Part shown: positions 17,173 to 29,994 of the stretch, piece by piece | Position numbering within the stretch: the stretch's first letter is position 1 | How the letters are laid out: every line of letters starts with the position of its first letter | The notes under the pieces: generated by a model | Told to the model about the DNA's origin: nothing | The model's database searches: none | What the model saw: the letters and a program-made list of their open reading frames with translations, nothing else | Made by a program: the position numbers and the translations under genes | Origin: the human T2T-CHM13v2.0 reference genome, Homo sapiens | Assembly (NCBI RefSeq): GCF_009914755.1 | Contig: NC_060926.1 | Strand: one strand, 5' to 3' | Length of the DNA stretch: 64,000 nucleotides

Positions 17173-17959
17173 ATTTTTTTTTAATAGAAGTGTGGTTCAT
17201 CCTTGCCTCAAATCTTATATAGGCTCACGTCCGACTAACTCTGAGTCGAAAGCTTCCACCTCACCACCACCAGCACTGCTGCCCAGCACTTGCAGTCACT
17301 CAAAGTATTAGAATCCCAAGAAAAAGAAGGTGGGAGCATGCATACCTGATCTGGCAGCCATGATAGGGAGAGGAAGGTGGTCTTATAGCTGTCACCTAGC
17401 CTCATGCTCCTCCATCTCCGTCACCTGTGACTTTGTCATTATTTGCCGAGTTCACTACACCAGACTCTTCATTGCCCTACTAAGCCATGTGTCCTTGCTG
17501 CAGTCGACACTGGGTGTGGCTTTCTGATTGTTTTCATCATCTCATTCCTCCATCTGAGACAGCTCCTCCCGGGTGCTTGCAGCTTCAGTCCAGGACTTCG
17601 AGCTGTGTTCATGAACTCCTCTATCTCGTTTCTCTTTCCTGTGCAGAGTCTGCTCCCGCGTGCTACAGCCTCAGTCCTGATTCAGGCCCCTTCCTGCCTT
17701 CTACGTGTGCTCAGTGCATCCTTGCCTCCATGACTTTGTTCCTTCTGTTCTTCCAGAATGTTTTCTCTCTTCCTTCTGCCAATCCAAATCCACTCTAGAT
17801 CTCAAGGCCAAACTCAAATCACACATCATCCAGAGAGAGTCTGCCCAGCAATTACTTCATGCTGTATTTATATGTTCTTGCTGTTAACAACTTCTCTACT
17901 CAAAGTTACCTACATAGTTCAGCCTGTAGCTAGTCTCTAATTCTATCATACAGTAACAG

Positions 17960-18170
17960 TAATAACTGAACAACAACTGCCATTTATTCAGCACTTATTG
18001 TGTTCCAAACATATATATTTTTATTTCAGTACCCATATTAATCTTGCAAGGTAAGAATCATCATCCCCATTTTGTAGTTTAAAAAAACTAAAGCTCATAT
18101 AGGTTAAGTAGCTTGTCCCAAAACGGTAAATAATAGAGCCAAGATTCAGTTCCAATGTACCAGACTATGC
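17960..18170 (-). mobile_element. MIR
   Basis: catttattcagcactt...catccccattttgtag...aactaaagctca..aggttaagtagcttgtcccaa. Confidence 0.75.
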
Positions 18171-21100
18171 CATGCACTCTTTTTTCTCTCTCATATACAT
18201 GGTAAACTCCCTGGACGTTTAGCATAGCATAGCATAGCATTCAGCAGGTACTCAATAAATACTGGCTGGCTGTTTGGGCAACAAGGAGGATACACCTTAA
18301 TTCAAATGTGCCTTGATGAAACCTTATCTTGCAGGAATGGTGAATAAGGGAATAAAATGCTTGCCCTGCCCTCTTCTTCCCTTTTCCTCTCTTCAGTGGA
18401 GATAATGAGAGCTGAACAATGAGCTCAGGGCCTTAAAGAAGGCAGTATGTTCTCCAGGCTCAACTGTGTCCCTTCAAAGAGCTAGGCTCTGCACCTGCCC
18501 TGCTCTCACCATCCCCAGCAGCCAAGCTGCATCACTGCCACTTTAGGTAGCCCTGGCTCACTGAAGGTACCAGTAACATACTCTGGGCTCCAGGATGAGA
18601 GGCCCAAGACATATATATGACCAAAAGGAGAGCAGGACAGACCATGCCAGAGCTTCCCTTCCCTGGTAGGCTTTAACCCCATGTCTGAGGCTGGGCACAT
18701 GTTTCTCCTTTTCTTCTATCTACTGTATGCAAGAGACTTCACACACACCATCTCTTTTCAAAATCCTCACAGCCCCACCTGAGCCCAGGGGCTCATTTTC
18801 AAAATGCCAATATTATGTAGTGTCCCACCCAAAGTCACTAGACATTAGGGAAAATTCTAACGTGGGGCTGTCTCCACAGTCCATGGGCTTTCTATGAAGC
18901 CAGATCATCTGCTTATAGCAGAAGCCATGAGAGCTGGGTTCTTTATTCTAGCTCAGGACTCTCTTCATCCTGGGAGTCCTCAGTGTTTCCCTCTATAAAA
19001 TGCCTATGCAAACCCACTCCCTTGCACCTCCAGTCCCTTCCTTCTTCATAGGTTACTTCTGGAACTTGTATATCATAATATGCAAATGCACCAAGCACCT
19101 GATGAGAACAAGAGAGGAGAAAATGGTTGCTAACTTTCTGTTTGTGTATCTACATGTTTGCGTCTTACTCCCTCAACTACCCTAGGATTGTTGATGTAGG
19201 GACCATCATGCACCCACTTTTCATAACTACTCCCTCACCCTCACCCCAAGTCCCAGGCAGCTTGAGGAATACAGAAAGTGCTCAAGGGATATTGATAGTG
19301 TAGATGCTCCAAATATGGTGGTATGGTAGATCTTTTAGACCAACCCTTTTTCCATGGAAAGCAAAGCTCAGACAGGCACAGGGCTGTGAGGCTGGCATCA
19401 GAGCCCTTGGCTGCTGTTTCATAGCACAGGACTCTGTGTGCCATCAGATTGGTCTGTACAGAGTTTTCCAGACAACAAAAGCCAAGGGGTACAAGGGTGC
19501 AGCCAGTTTTAGCTGTGGGCTGGTTTCTTGTTCTGGGCTAGCAGATCTTTCATTTTGTAGACTTTTATAATTTTTCCTACTATGTTTACGTTTTGTGAAA
19601 TAGTACCAGGTAAGATGTCGAAGGAATATTGATAAGGAAACCTAGTAAAACAAGATACCCTGATCTTTTCAGTGTTAAATCCCAATGTATCTTGGCAGGA
19701 GAGAGAACTTGAAAGTTAAGACAAATTAGGGTCTGACGTGATGATAATCATGCTTCAAACACAGAGTATAAGGCATTTTCACATGACTTTGTTGTTGCTC
19801 CTTTCCATAACCCTGTAAGCCAGGTAAGGCATAGATTATCTCCATTTTACAGATAAATATCCAAGGGCCTAAACAGTCATACATTCACCTAACCATGGCA
19901 AAACCTCTGCCCTGATCTCCAGCCCGGGCAGTCAGGCAGGGGATGGGGAGGAGAAGCCCCTACTTCCCCGGGAGAAGGAGATCAGGCTGCAGGGTGGAGG
20001 ACAGGTCAGGGAAGGTGAGTGGGATGGAGCTGCAGTTTCAGAGCTGCTGGCCAGGCAGGACCCCTCCTCCTTCTCTTCCATGCCCGTACCCCAGGACCTC
20101 TTTGTCCCATTGCACTTGCTTGCTTTGAGCTCAGCACGGAAGGCCCTGCCTGCTTCCAAGTTGGCTGTTTACTGGTGGGAACTGGGTGCCAGAGTTTTCT
20201 GCTGGTGGCTGCTCTTTCCCGGATTCTCCTGTGGTATCATATTTTCTCAGCTTGTTCTTAAACTCATCTTACTGACCCTCCCCATACTCACTGACCCTTT
20301 CTCAGGTCACCAAAAGTGAGTTCGCTGAGGACTCTAAAATCGCCGTGCCTGTGTATCTCTCTAGAGAGGAAAGCTTTTCCTCCCCTGGAAAAGAGACTCA
20401 GCTCAGTCCCTCCAGCCCCTTTTCTAACCCCCTCTCTACCCCAGTGCTTAGATATGGAATCTTACTGAAATTCACCATACCTTGAGATCCCAGTTCTATA
20501 ATCACATGAGCTTTGTAGGTTAGGTCTACATCCCACACCTACCTCCATTTTACAGCTCAAGGATATAGAGGGATTCCTGCCCTAGCTCTAATGGCCAGTT
20601 AATGGTACATCTAGTTGAGAACTCCACATTTACAGGTTCATCTCATTCCATTTGCCAGTTACCATGCTTTTGCGCTCCCCATGCCACCCTCTTCCTGAAG
20701 ACCCCCAGTGTGTCCTGGGTGTAATATTCCAATGCGTTTGCAGGTTTCCTGCTCTGCCTGGATTACCCTTCCCCCATCTTTCTCATATAAAATTTCTGTT
20801 TAAAAATTAGTCTTGAGTCACAGCTTCTCTGAAGCCTCCATCTACAGAGTGAATTAGATAAACTTCTCTCATTTTTTAGTGTATTTTTTGTTGTTGTTAC
20901 AGATACAACAGTTTACCACACTGCAGTTTGGGGAGCCTTGCCTTGTTTTTCTCAGTAGATTGTAAGCACCTTGAAGGCAGAGTTTGCATCTCATCTATTC
21001 CTCTGTTATATCCCTTGACTCTGTCTAGGTCAAGGTTGTGCTCCTGTTAGGACCTCCATATATGATGCTACCTGAGCAGCTGGCAGGGGATAGCAGGGAG

Positions 21101-21329
21101 ACTGCACATCAGAGAATTCAGGAGACTATCCATCGAAGGAAGTAAAGTCCCTCATACCAAAGGCTCACCACTATCCCATGAAGAATACCCTATTAACCAC
21201 CAGCCTTAGAAGTTAACACACAAAAACTACAAATGACATACAGGGATATTATTCCAGTATGGTTTCTATCAATTAAGATATTTAGTAATGCCTGTTTGTC
21301 ATAGTATAAATATGTTAATTTTGTATAAT

Positions 21330-21480
21330 AACAAGAGCTAATATTTATTGGGCTCATTTTGAGCAATTTGTAGGTGTTATTTTATTGAATTCTTGCAACT
21401 ACTTTGCAAGGCGAAAATTACCATTGTTATTTTACAGATAAAGAGACTGTGGCTCAGAAAATACAAGCAACTTATAAAAG
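21330..21480 (-). mobile_element. MIR
   Basis: gctaatatttattggg...attttacagataaagagactgtggctcagaaa. Confidence 0.7.
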
Positions 21481-21958
21481 AGAAATATCTGGACCACAAA
21501 GAGTCAACTCATAGCTTTATCTAAGGCTCCAGGGCTCTGAGTGAGTAGATCAGGTTAACAGCTCCCTTTACCATCTGCTGCCTAAGTAAGGCTGATTTCC
21601 GTTTTCAATGTAATGTTCTTCTATGTGCAGCATGCTTATAGCATTTTGTTTAATTATGTATTATTCCCAAATGGGGATGAAATTTATGGGTTATAAAAGT
21701 AGCACATGTTCACTGTAAAATATTCAACAATATGGAAAAGAATAAAGTAGACTGCTGTACAATTATTTCAGCACCTTGAGATATCCATTGTTAATATTGT
21801 GGTAGGTGTCCATTCAGAAGTTTTTCTGTGCACATACATACATATATACATACATTTTCCTTAAGTGGAGATATGGCATACATGTTTTGTAACTTTCTCT
21901 TTATTTCCTTAATATATGGTAGCCATATTTCCATTGTTAAGGCATTTGGATTCATATC

Positions 21959-22271
<313 letters not shown>

Positions 22272-23236
22272 CTAGACTCATATCATTTTTAATAGGTGGT
22301 AGGATTCCAATAAATGGATATACCATAATGAGACATATGTGTTGTTTCCCATGTGTTGTTATTATAAACAATGCTATGATGGAAAATTATGAAAGTTCAT
22401 CTTTTCCATTTTGGCCAGGCTATGAGGTAACCACGAAAGCCTATGTTTTAATTTGTATTTCTTTGATCACTAGCAAGGATGAACATTTGTTTGTAAGTTG
22501 ACTGACGTAATATAGTATTTCTTTCATGAATTACCTCTTTTAATTTCTGTAATTTTTTCTTATTTGGGTGTCTCCCATTTTCTTCTTTGTTTCTAGGAGC
22601 TACTTAAATAATATAGTTGGCTCCGTCCTCTCATATATGTTGCAAAACATGGATACAAGTAACCTCAGAGATTGTCTAGTTTAATCCTCCCATTTTATGA
22701 GTTATTAAACTGTCTAGAGAAAGGAGGTGACTCACCAAGGTGTCTTGGTTATATCCCCGATTTCTTCAGTGACTCATTAAGATTTATTGACCACTGCTAT
22801 TTCTAATATACTACCCTCCTTCTTCTCATAAAGCAAAATATACTTTGAATTGACCAGGAATTGCTATTATAGAGGCCATCCTGTGGAGAATGAAAAATAA
22901 CACTTTACGTATTTTTGTCTTCTCTGTCTTACGGCTTTTTCCACCCAAGGATTCTTTTTACTAGCCAGCAGAGGAAGGAAGCTCTGGGGAGGAGATAGCT
23001 TTACAAACAGTGCTATAGATGTTCTTCTATTTAGAGAAAGGGAACTAGACATGTAACAACCCTCAGTGGTCTTTGCAAGCCTGATGAAAACTTCTTGGGC
23101 TTCACAATTATTTTAATTAACTAAATTATTTTAATTAACTAAAATTTGTTATAACATTTTTCATATGGTTGTGTGGAGGGTTTCTTGGGTGCTCTTTTTT
23201 GTATTGATTGAGAGCTACTGTATAAAGTTGCTAATA

Positions 23237-23564
<328 letters not shown>

Positions 23565-24189
23565 TCAGTGCCTCTCCACTGGGAGGATATTTGAAGGCTG
23601 CTATCTTGATCTGATGCATACTGCAACTGTCTGTCATGCCTTTCCAAACTGGAATTGCATTTGCTTCCCCCTTTGTTGCAGGGAGGCGAATGGCAAAACC
23701 CAAAATAAGGAATCATGACAAACAGTATGTACACTTGCCTCTCAGTTTTTTTGGATAGACTTCTTATGCTTCATTTATTCTGGAGAAAAATATTATTAGT
23801 ACAAGAGCTGGGAAGCGGAACTGGGTTGAGGAAGCTATAATAAAGGTCAATTGGAAGAGAAAATAAGGAAGTGGGGGTAAGGAAGCCATCAAAGTGCATC
23901 AGTCGCTAATAGATGATTCCGTACTTCCTTTCTTAGGAAAGATTGGGGCATGTGGAAAACTGCTTGTCCATTTGTGCACTGCAGAAAGGGAGGGGGAGGA
24001 GACCCAGACTCCCTAAAAGGGGAAAAAACATCAGGGGAGAAGTGAAGCAGGTGTTTCCTGCTGCCTGTGCCTCAGAGGAAAGCTTGAAGTCCTGGGAGGG
24101 GGTTTTCCACAGCGGCACAAATCAGGGGAAGCCATATTTTTCCAGCAGCCTAATTCAGAGGTCAGACACGTCAGCCATCACCTCTCATG

Positions 24190-24207
24190 TTCATCTCTCT
24201 TTCTCTT

Positions 24208-24242
<35 letters not shown>

Positions 24243-24280
24243 CTCTCTGTCTCTTTTCTCTCTCTTTCTCTCTCTCCCCT
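24190..24280. repeat. (CT)n / pyrimidine-rich tract
   Basis: Seen directly. Confidence 0.95.
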
Positions 24281-25139
24281 CCTAGGCTCAAAGATCTGAA
24301 AAACTAGTAAAAAGTTTATACAGAGGTAGCGTATAGACAATTTCTTTCAGTTTCTCTCTACCCTCCTTTTTCAGGTTATCTGCTTTTTTTGTTTACTTGT
24401 CCATGTCAATCAATCTTTATTTTATTTTTCTCTTTGTACTTAATGGGAGTGTTCATATTAATGCCTAGCATGTGCCTTTCTTCATTTAAAATAAAAAGGA
24501 AAACAAAAGATAAAGTGAAATATCCAGCAGTATATTATCTTGAACTTGCACAATGTGACACTAAAAGGTACTGGGTCATTTAGCTCTGCTCCTCTACAGA
24601 ATTAGTTATAAAACCAAGACATTTATGGAAAGCAATTTTTAATGATACATTGATATGTTAGCTATGTCTTTTAAAATTACTCTCTCTCTGTCACCCCTTC
24701 TCCTTTTTCTCTCCCTCTAACAGTAAAGTATCTAGGAAAATAACAGTAAAATTGGTGTGTGTATGTACGTGTGTGTATGTGTGTGCTCACATGCACATCA
24801 TGTGAAAACATTTGAAAACAACTCAATGATTTAAAAATATATACTTGTCTATTTTAGATTAAGTCAGAGTAAAAAGAGAAAAAAGGGAAGCAGGAGGATG
24901 AAGGGAATGAGGAAAAGAGAAAACGAGAGGTAGAAAAGAGAGAGGAGAAAGGAAGGAGATGAGTTGGGGCACTCAAATACAAAGAGAAATCGCCATATAT
25001 CATCCAGATGTTTTGTCTACAGCAGACCAAACATCAGGCTTTCGGGAAACATTTGGAAGACACAATGCTCCTTTCACTACACAGACAACTGTTGACAGTC
25101 CTATCGCCTCCTTCCCTGCGTGTATGTGTCTATCCCTTT

Positions 25140-25330
25140 CAAGCCTTTTTGTGGTCAAATTATAAAGGCCTGTTTAGTGGGTGGGGTGACGTCACACTGA
25201 CCACAAAAGCTTATATTTCCTGCTACTAAATACACAGCCCCTGCTGACGAAGTGATCATTACAGAGAGAGCTTGTTCTGCCGAGGTCACCCCAAAGTGGG
25301 GATGAAGGCACTGGGGCGGGGGCTCGGTTG
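25140..25330. promoter_or_regulatory. Candidate cis-regulatory element (CRE, TATA-like, RUNX, GC box)
   Basis: TGACGTCA 25187-25194; TATAAA 25161-25166; TGTGGT 25150-25155 and ACCACA 25200-25205; TGACG ~25244; GGGGCGGGG ~25313-25321; unique-looking sequence. Confidence 0.45.
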
Positions 25331-27507
25331 AGAGAGCAGAGCCATTATTCCCAAGTGTGTCTGCCTGCCTGCTGATCCTCATCTTTGCTAGAACCAAAAG
25401 ATGAAAATAGAAGTCTCTTTGTGCTTCCTCCAGGCCTTTGTCTCTAAGGATGCTGGGGCACACTGGGACACAACATGGTGGGGAAAAAGGAAAAGACAAA
25501 AATTCAGGTCTTTGATTCCAGTTTCCTCATTTATAAGCTCAGTGATTTTACCTCTCCGGGTTGAATCCTGAAAATCTCCGTTTTACTAAAGAGAAAAGAA
25601 CCTCATCCAGGGATCACACGGGAGCATGTATTTTAAAGTGACTGGTTTTAGTTTTGAGGGCAGCTGCTATCTTATAGTGATTTCTTTAGTGTTCCCACTT
25701 TCCTTGTGCTGATTACAAACGGTGGTTCTCTCTTCTGAGAGGAGAGAGTAAAGGGTAGGTTTTGTTTTTACGCATTTCTTTCTATTTTATTTATTTATTT
25801 TTGCAGAGGTCATGGGTGAACAATTTTTTTAATGAAGGAAAATAAATGAATTAACGTGGTGACTTGTCCAGTTAAGCCAAAGAAGCCACACCAAGTGTTA
25901 GAGGACCACAGAGGAACCAGAGAGGATCTGGGTAAGATCTCACAGGAAGAGTAGCATCTGGGTTGGGTGTAGTGCATAGGAGTTTGGCAGGCAGAGGGTT
26001 ATGATCATAATTACCATCCCCAGGAACCCCTAAGTATCCCCTGGCATTAAACCAGAGTGGTCTGAGGCCTTATGTTGTAAGTCCTTGGCACTCCAAACCT
26101 CAGATGAAACAAAAATTGATGGATGTGCTTTTTGAATAGTTCACTCAATCAGGTTAATTTTGACGTTTAAAGAAGCAGAAAACCACTGCTCAGCCAAGAT
26201 CCTGCAGAACTTTCCTATTCTCCATCCTAAGCCCTTGGTGAAGTAGAACTCAAATTCCCTACATTTTTCTTTCTTTTATTTTTCCCCCCTCTTGTGAGGG
26301 ATGATTACAAGTAAGGCCTCAAACCCAAAAAGGACTTGGAAACAAGTCCACGTGGTATTCAGTGAAGGAAATCTTTTGCTTTTATCCATGTAATTTAGGT
26401 GGTCTGGACAGCCAGTCTGGATACTCTAACTGCTGGCAAGATTCTGAAGGCCAAGGTTGTGTAGGTTGGTTCTCTATATAAACCGAAGAATTGAAAAACT
26501 GCCCCGTTCCTTTGGGCCATGTGTGTCCACCAGGCACTTATTGTGTGTGCACTTTCTGCCAGGCCACTGGCTAACTTTAAGGGCCTCCAGTGGGCCTAAC
26601 GCCATGTGCAGTTCACCTGATCTGAGGCTGTGGCGGGCTGGTGTGGCTCAGTTATTCCCCACAAGCTGCCATCCCCTGGCTTAGACATAAAGCCTTAGCT
26701 CCATTAATCATCCTTTTCCTGGAGCATACTAGATGAGCTCCTGGCTGGGAGTAGAACTATCATGTTCATTTCCTAATTTTAAAAAGTGTGTGTTTGCTAA
26801 CAGCTGGAAGGCAGGCTAGAAAGGCAGCTTCAAAGTCCCACTGTGGGGAAAATAATGCTAAGAAGATCCTGGGGCACTTTCTCTTGAACTCACCTCCCCT
26901 GTAGCACTGGGGACTGTCCTAGAAGATGAAGTCTGTGCTGGGGGTAGTGAGGGAGGGCCCAAGGCTTGCAAAGAGGATGGACACTGTCAATTTGGGCTGG
27001 GCTTAGCCATTAAAAGTAGATCTCTGAAAACAGAACTGGGGGAGTGAAGATGGAAGTTATGCTGTTAAGCTAATGAAAGAGTCAAGAAATAGAGAATATG
27101 GAGAAATCAGTGGCCAGAGCCCAGAAAAATAACAATTATGTGAAAAAAAAATGTCATTTAAAAGGTAGAAGCCAAGGAACTTGATGAAAACCAAGTCAAA
27201 TAGCCAAGATATCTTTAACAGACTCAACATAGCTGACACTGAGAAGAACCTAAAAACTGAGGCAATGTTATAAATAGATCAATTCCAGAAAAAGCAAGAC
27301 TCCTGGGGAGAAGGGTTGGGATGGAATCAGAACCAAAAGGTGAGAGCTCTCATTGTTCCACGAGGGAAGGACAGAGTCTCAGAGCAATGGCTGGGTCAAA
27401 CGTGACAAGGATAATGGAAGTAAAATGATCAAAGTTAGAAAGGTTCTGACATAGTACAATAACAGAGGCCATGCAATGTAAACATATATCAAAACATCAC
27501 ATTTCAA

Positions 27508-27637
27508 GCTGGGTGCAGTGGTGCACTCCTGTATTCCCAATTACTCAGGAGGCTGAAGCAGGAGGATTGCTTGAGCCCAGAAATGAAAGTTCAGCCTGGG
27601 CAACATAGTGAGATCCCATCGAGAGAGAGAGAGAGAA
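27508..27637 (+). mobile_element. FLAM (free left Alu monomer) inside an L1 3'-end fragment (~27468-27700)
   Basis: gctgggtgcagtggtgc...ggaggattgcttgagcccag...cagcctgggcaacatagtgagatcccatc followed by (GA)n. Confidence 0.85.
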
Positions 27638-28878
27638 TCACTTTATACCTCATGAATATATAATATATATTTTATTTTTAAAAAGAAAATTTAAAAACAA
27701 ATGCAGGTCATGGATCCAGAACTCAGAATGTAGGTAAATTAATAAGAAACTAGAAAGAAAAGACCATCTTTCTTAATGATTTCAACTGGCTCTGTAGGAA
27801 ACCACCCAGGTGTTCATTGTCTCCAAAGAGCTAAACCTTGCCTCAGAAAAATGACCTTCTCCTATCTTTCCTGCTGCAGCAAGAACCTCTGGTTTAACCA
27901 ATTAGGTAAGTCATTTATATGACACTCAATCTGAATTATTCTGTCTGTCTGTCTGTCTATCAATTTCTCTATCTATCTGTCTATCATCTTTAGGGAAAAA
28001 GTATATCCCATGCACAGTTATGATAACAAAGGAGTCATCTTCTATACAATATTAAACATAACTATTGAAAAGTTAAAAACTCAAGCCTTCAGTTTAGGGT
28101 TTGATTTTCATGATCCAAAGCAGCATTCTTGACTGATTGTTTTTCCTTGTGTTGATTCATATTTGTCTGAGTGAATTTGATTGGCTGTTTTGGAATTGCG
28201 TAAGATACTTCTTCATTGACCCAAATAATCTGTTTGTTGATTTTATTCAGACTAACATATAACTTAATTGACTAAATTTTTGCCTTTCTCAAATGGTGTG
28301 GTGATTACATAGACTCAATCTGTATTTTTGAGAAGTTTTTAAGTATGCTTTCATTAGCCTGAGACTAGTGTTCCTGAAACCTTGTAAAGTACGGAGCACT
28401 TCAGGAGCAGAGAGAATGAATACCTTGGGTGATGCCCAGTGTAAATCTCATGGTCTGGAGGGAATCTTGTGGCCAATATGAGCCTCGTCAGATGTCAGGC
28501 TTTCCAAAAGTAGAAGTGGAAGGCTCCTGTTTTTCTAACTCCTGCTGTTCCCCTGACTATCACTATGTTGTCCATATTGTTTTCAGAACTCACAGCTTAA
28601 AGAACCACCTTGCTTTTCTTAGAACTTTGGGGGTGGACCTTACTCCTTTTTACTTTTTTTTTTTTTCAAATTGCATGTGGATTCTACTGTATTTAGCATA
28701 ACTCAAGCTTAGCATTTGAACATGTTTCATAGCCAATAGCTTTGCACATCCTCCATGATTGCATACTGTGTTTCAGACACAGATGTAGGACATGCAACTG
28801 ATGTGGCCATCACTAATGTCAATACTGACCCTTGCTCTGTGCTTTGGGCCCTAAGTAGAGCTAGGTCCATGTAGTAGT

Positions 28879-28897
28879 CTAGTGCCCTCTTGTGGCT
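28879..28897 (-). promoter_or_regulatory. Candidate CTCF binding motif
   Basis: Minus strand reads AGCCACAAGAGGGCACTAG, one tolerated deviation from CCASYAGRKGGCRS. Confidence 0.55.
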
Positions 28898-29724
28898 TTC
28901 AAACTAAGAGTCTTGAGCTATTTTGTAGAATTAGAGCTATTTGTAGAATCACGAGTTTGAGAAGACCACTGTGAAGTTACGTCCTGCCTTCTCTCCCTTA
29001 GTAACACTACCCACCTCCTGCAAAGCACAGTCAGTGATGGGAGACATGTTCTACTCTGAGCTAAGAAAAACACTTTGGAATGTGGAGATCAGGGTACTGG
29101 AGTTTAATAGAGACCTTTAGAACTTACTATACTGTGGATACATAGCATATGACAAATAAATGTTAATTGAAATTCCTTTGCCAAATTGGCGATACCTCCC
29201 AGTTTTTCCATTCACTCTTAAACTTATTCATTCAACAATTTCTCCAATGACATGATTTCAAATAATTTGATATGTTTAATTTGAAGGCAAGAGAATTATA
29301 AGGAATATATCAAGTGATCTCAAAAGTTTGAAGATCTGTAATGTGACCAAATCAAGTATCCTACATGGCTCCAGAGAGACACACATTAAGGTTGTAGATA
29401 TTGGTTAGATATAAGGAAGAACTTTTTAGTGACTGCAATTGTAGAACCCTGAAACATGTCTAGGAATAAACTTCTCATTGCACTGAAACAGTTTAGCAGG
29501 GATGTATTAATTTTTGAAATAGACATTTTAAAGAGAAGTTTCTCCCATGGACTAATTGATCTTTGATAAAAATCTTAGATTTTTAGAATCTAAGATTTTG
29601 ATTTTTATTAAAAATCTAAGATTTTAATAAAGATGTTTTAGATTTTTAGTCTACAAATGTATTTAAGAAAAAGCACAGCTTCCTTTGACTAGTCAATTAA
29701 GTCCCACAGCTAAGCAGTCGTAAG

Positions 29725-29861
29725 GAGCAGAAAAAAATAACTGTTGGGTACTAGGCATAGTACCTGGGTGACAAAATAATCTGTACAACAAATCCCTATG
29801 ACATGAGTTTACCTATATAACAAACCTGCACATGTACCCCCAAATCTAAAAGTTTAAAAAA
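29725..29861 (+). mobile_element. Short L1PA (old) 3'-end fragment
   Basis: gtacctgggtgacaaaataatctgtacaacaaa...aacaaacctgcacatgtacccc with A tail. Confidence 0.85.
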
Positions 29862-29943
29862 GTCTTCTCTAATGTTTAATATGAAACTTTCCCATATGAA
29901 CATTGCAAGTTCATAACTACCATCTCCATTTCTAGGAAATCAA

Positions 29944-29945
<2 letters not shown>

Positions 29946-29992
<47 letters not shown>
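29946..29992. repeat. (TG)n microsatellite
   Basis: About 23 perfect TG units. Confidence 0.97.

Positions 29993-29994
<2 letters not shown>

Noticed and set aside
23106-23141. 18-bp direct duplication aattattttaattaacta; similar small duplications at ~28915 and ~36828
   Set aside because: Ordinary slippage duplications with no further structure
25807-25931. Possible plus-strand exon (ttgcag acceptor, TGG/GTAAGA donor)
   Set aside because: Splice-like motifs are common, the 3' half looks L2-derived, and there is no coding or transcript support
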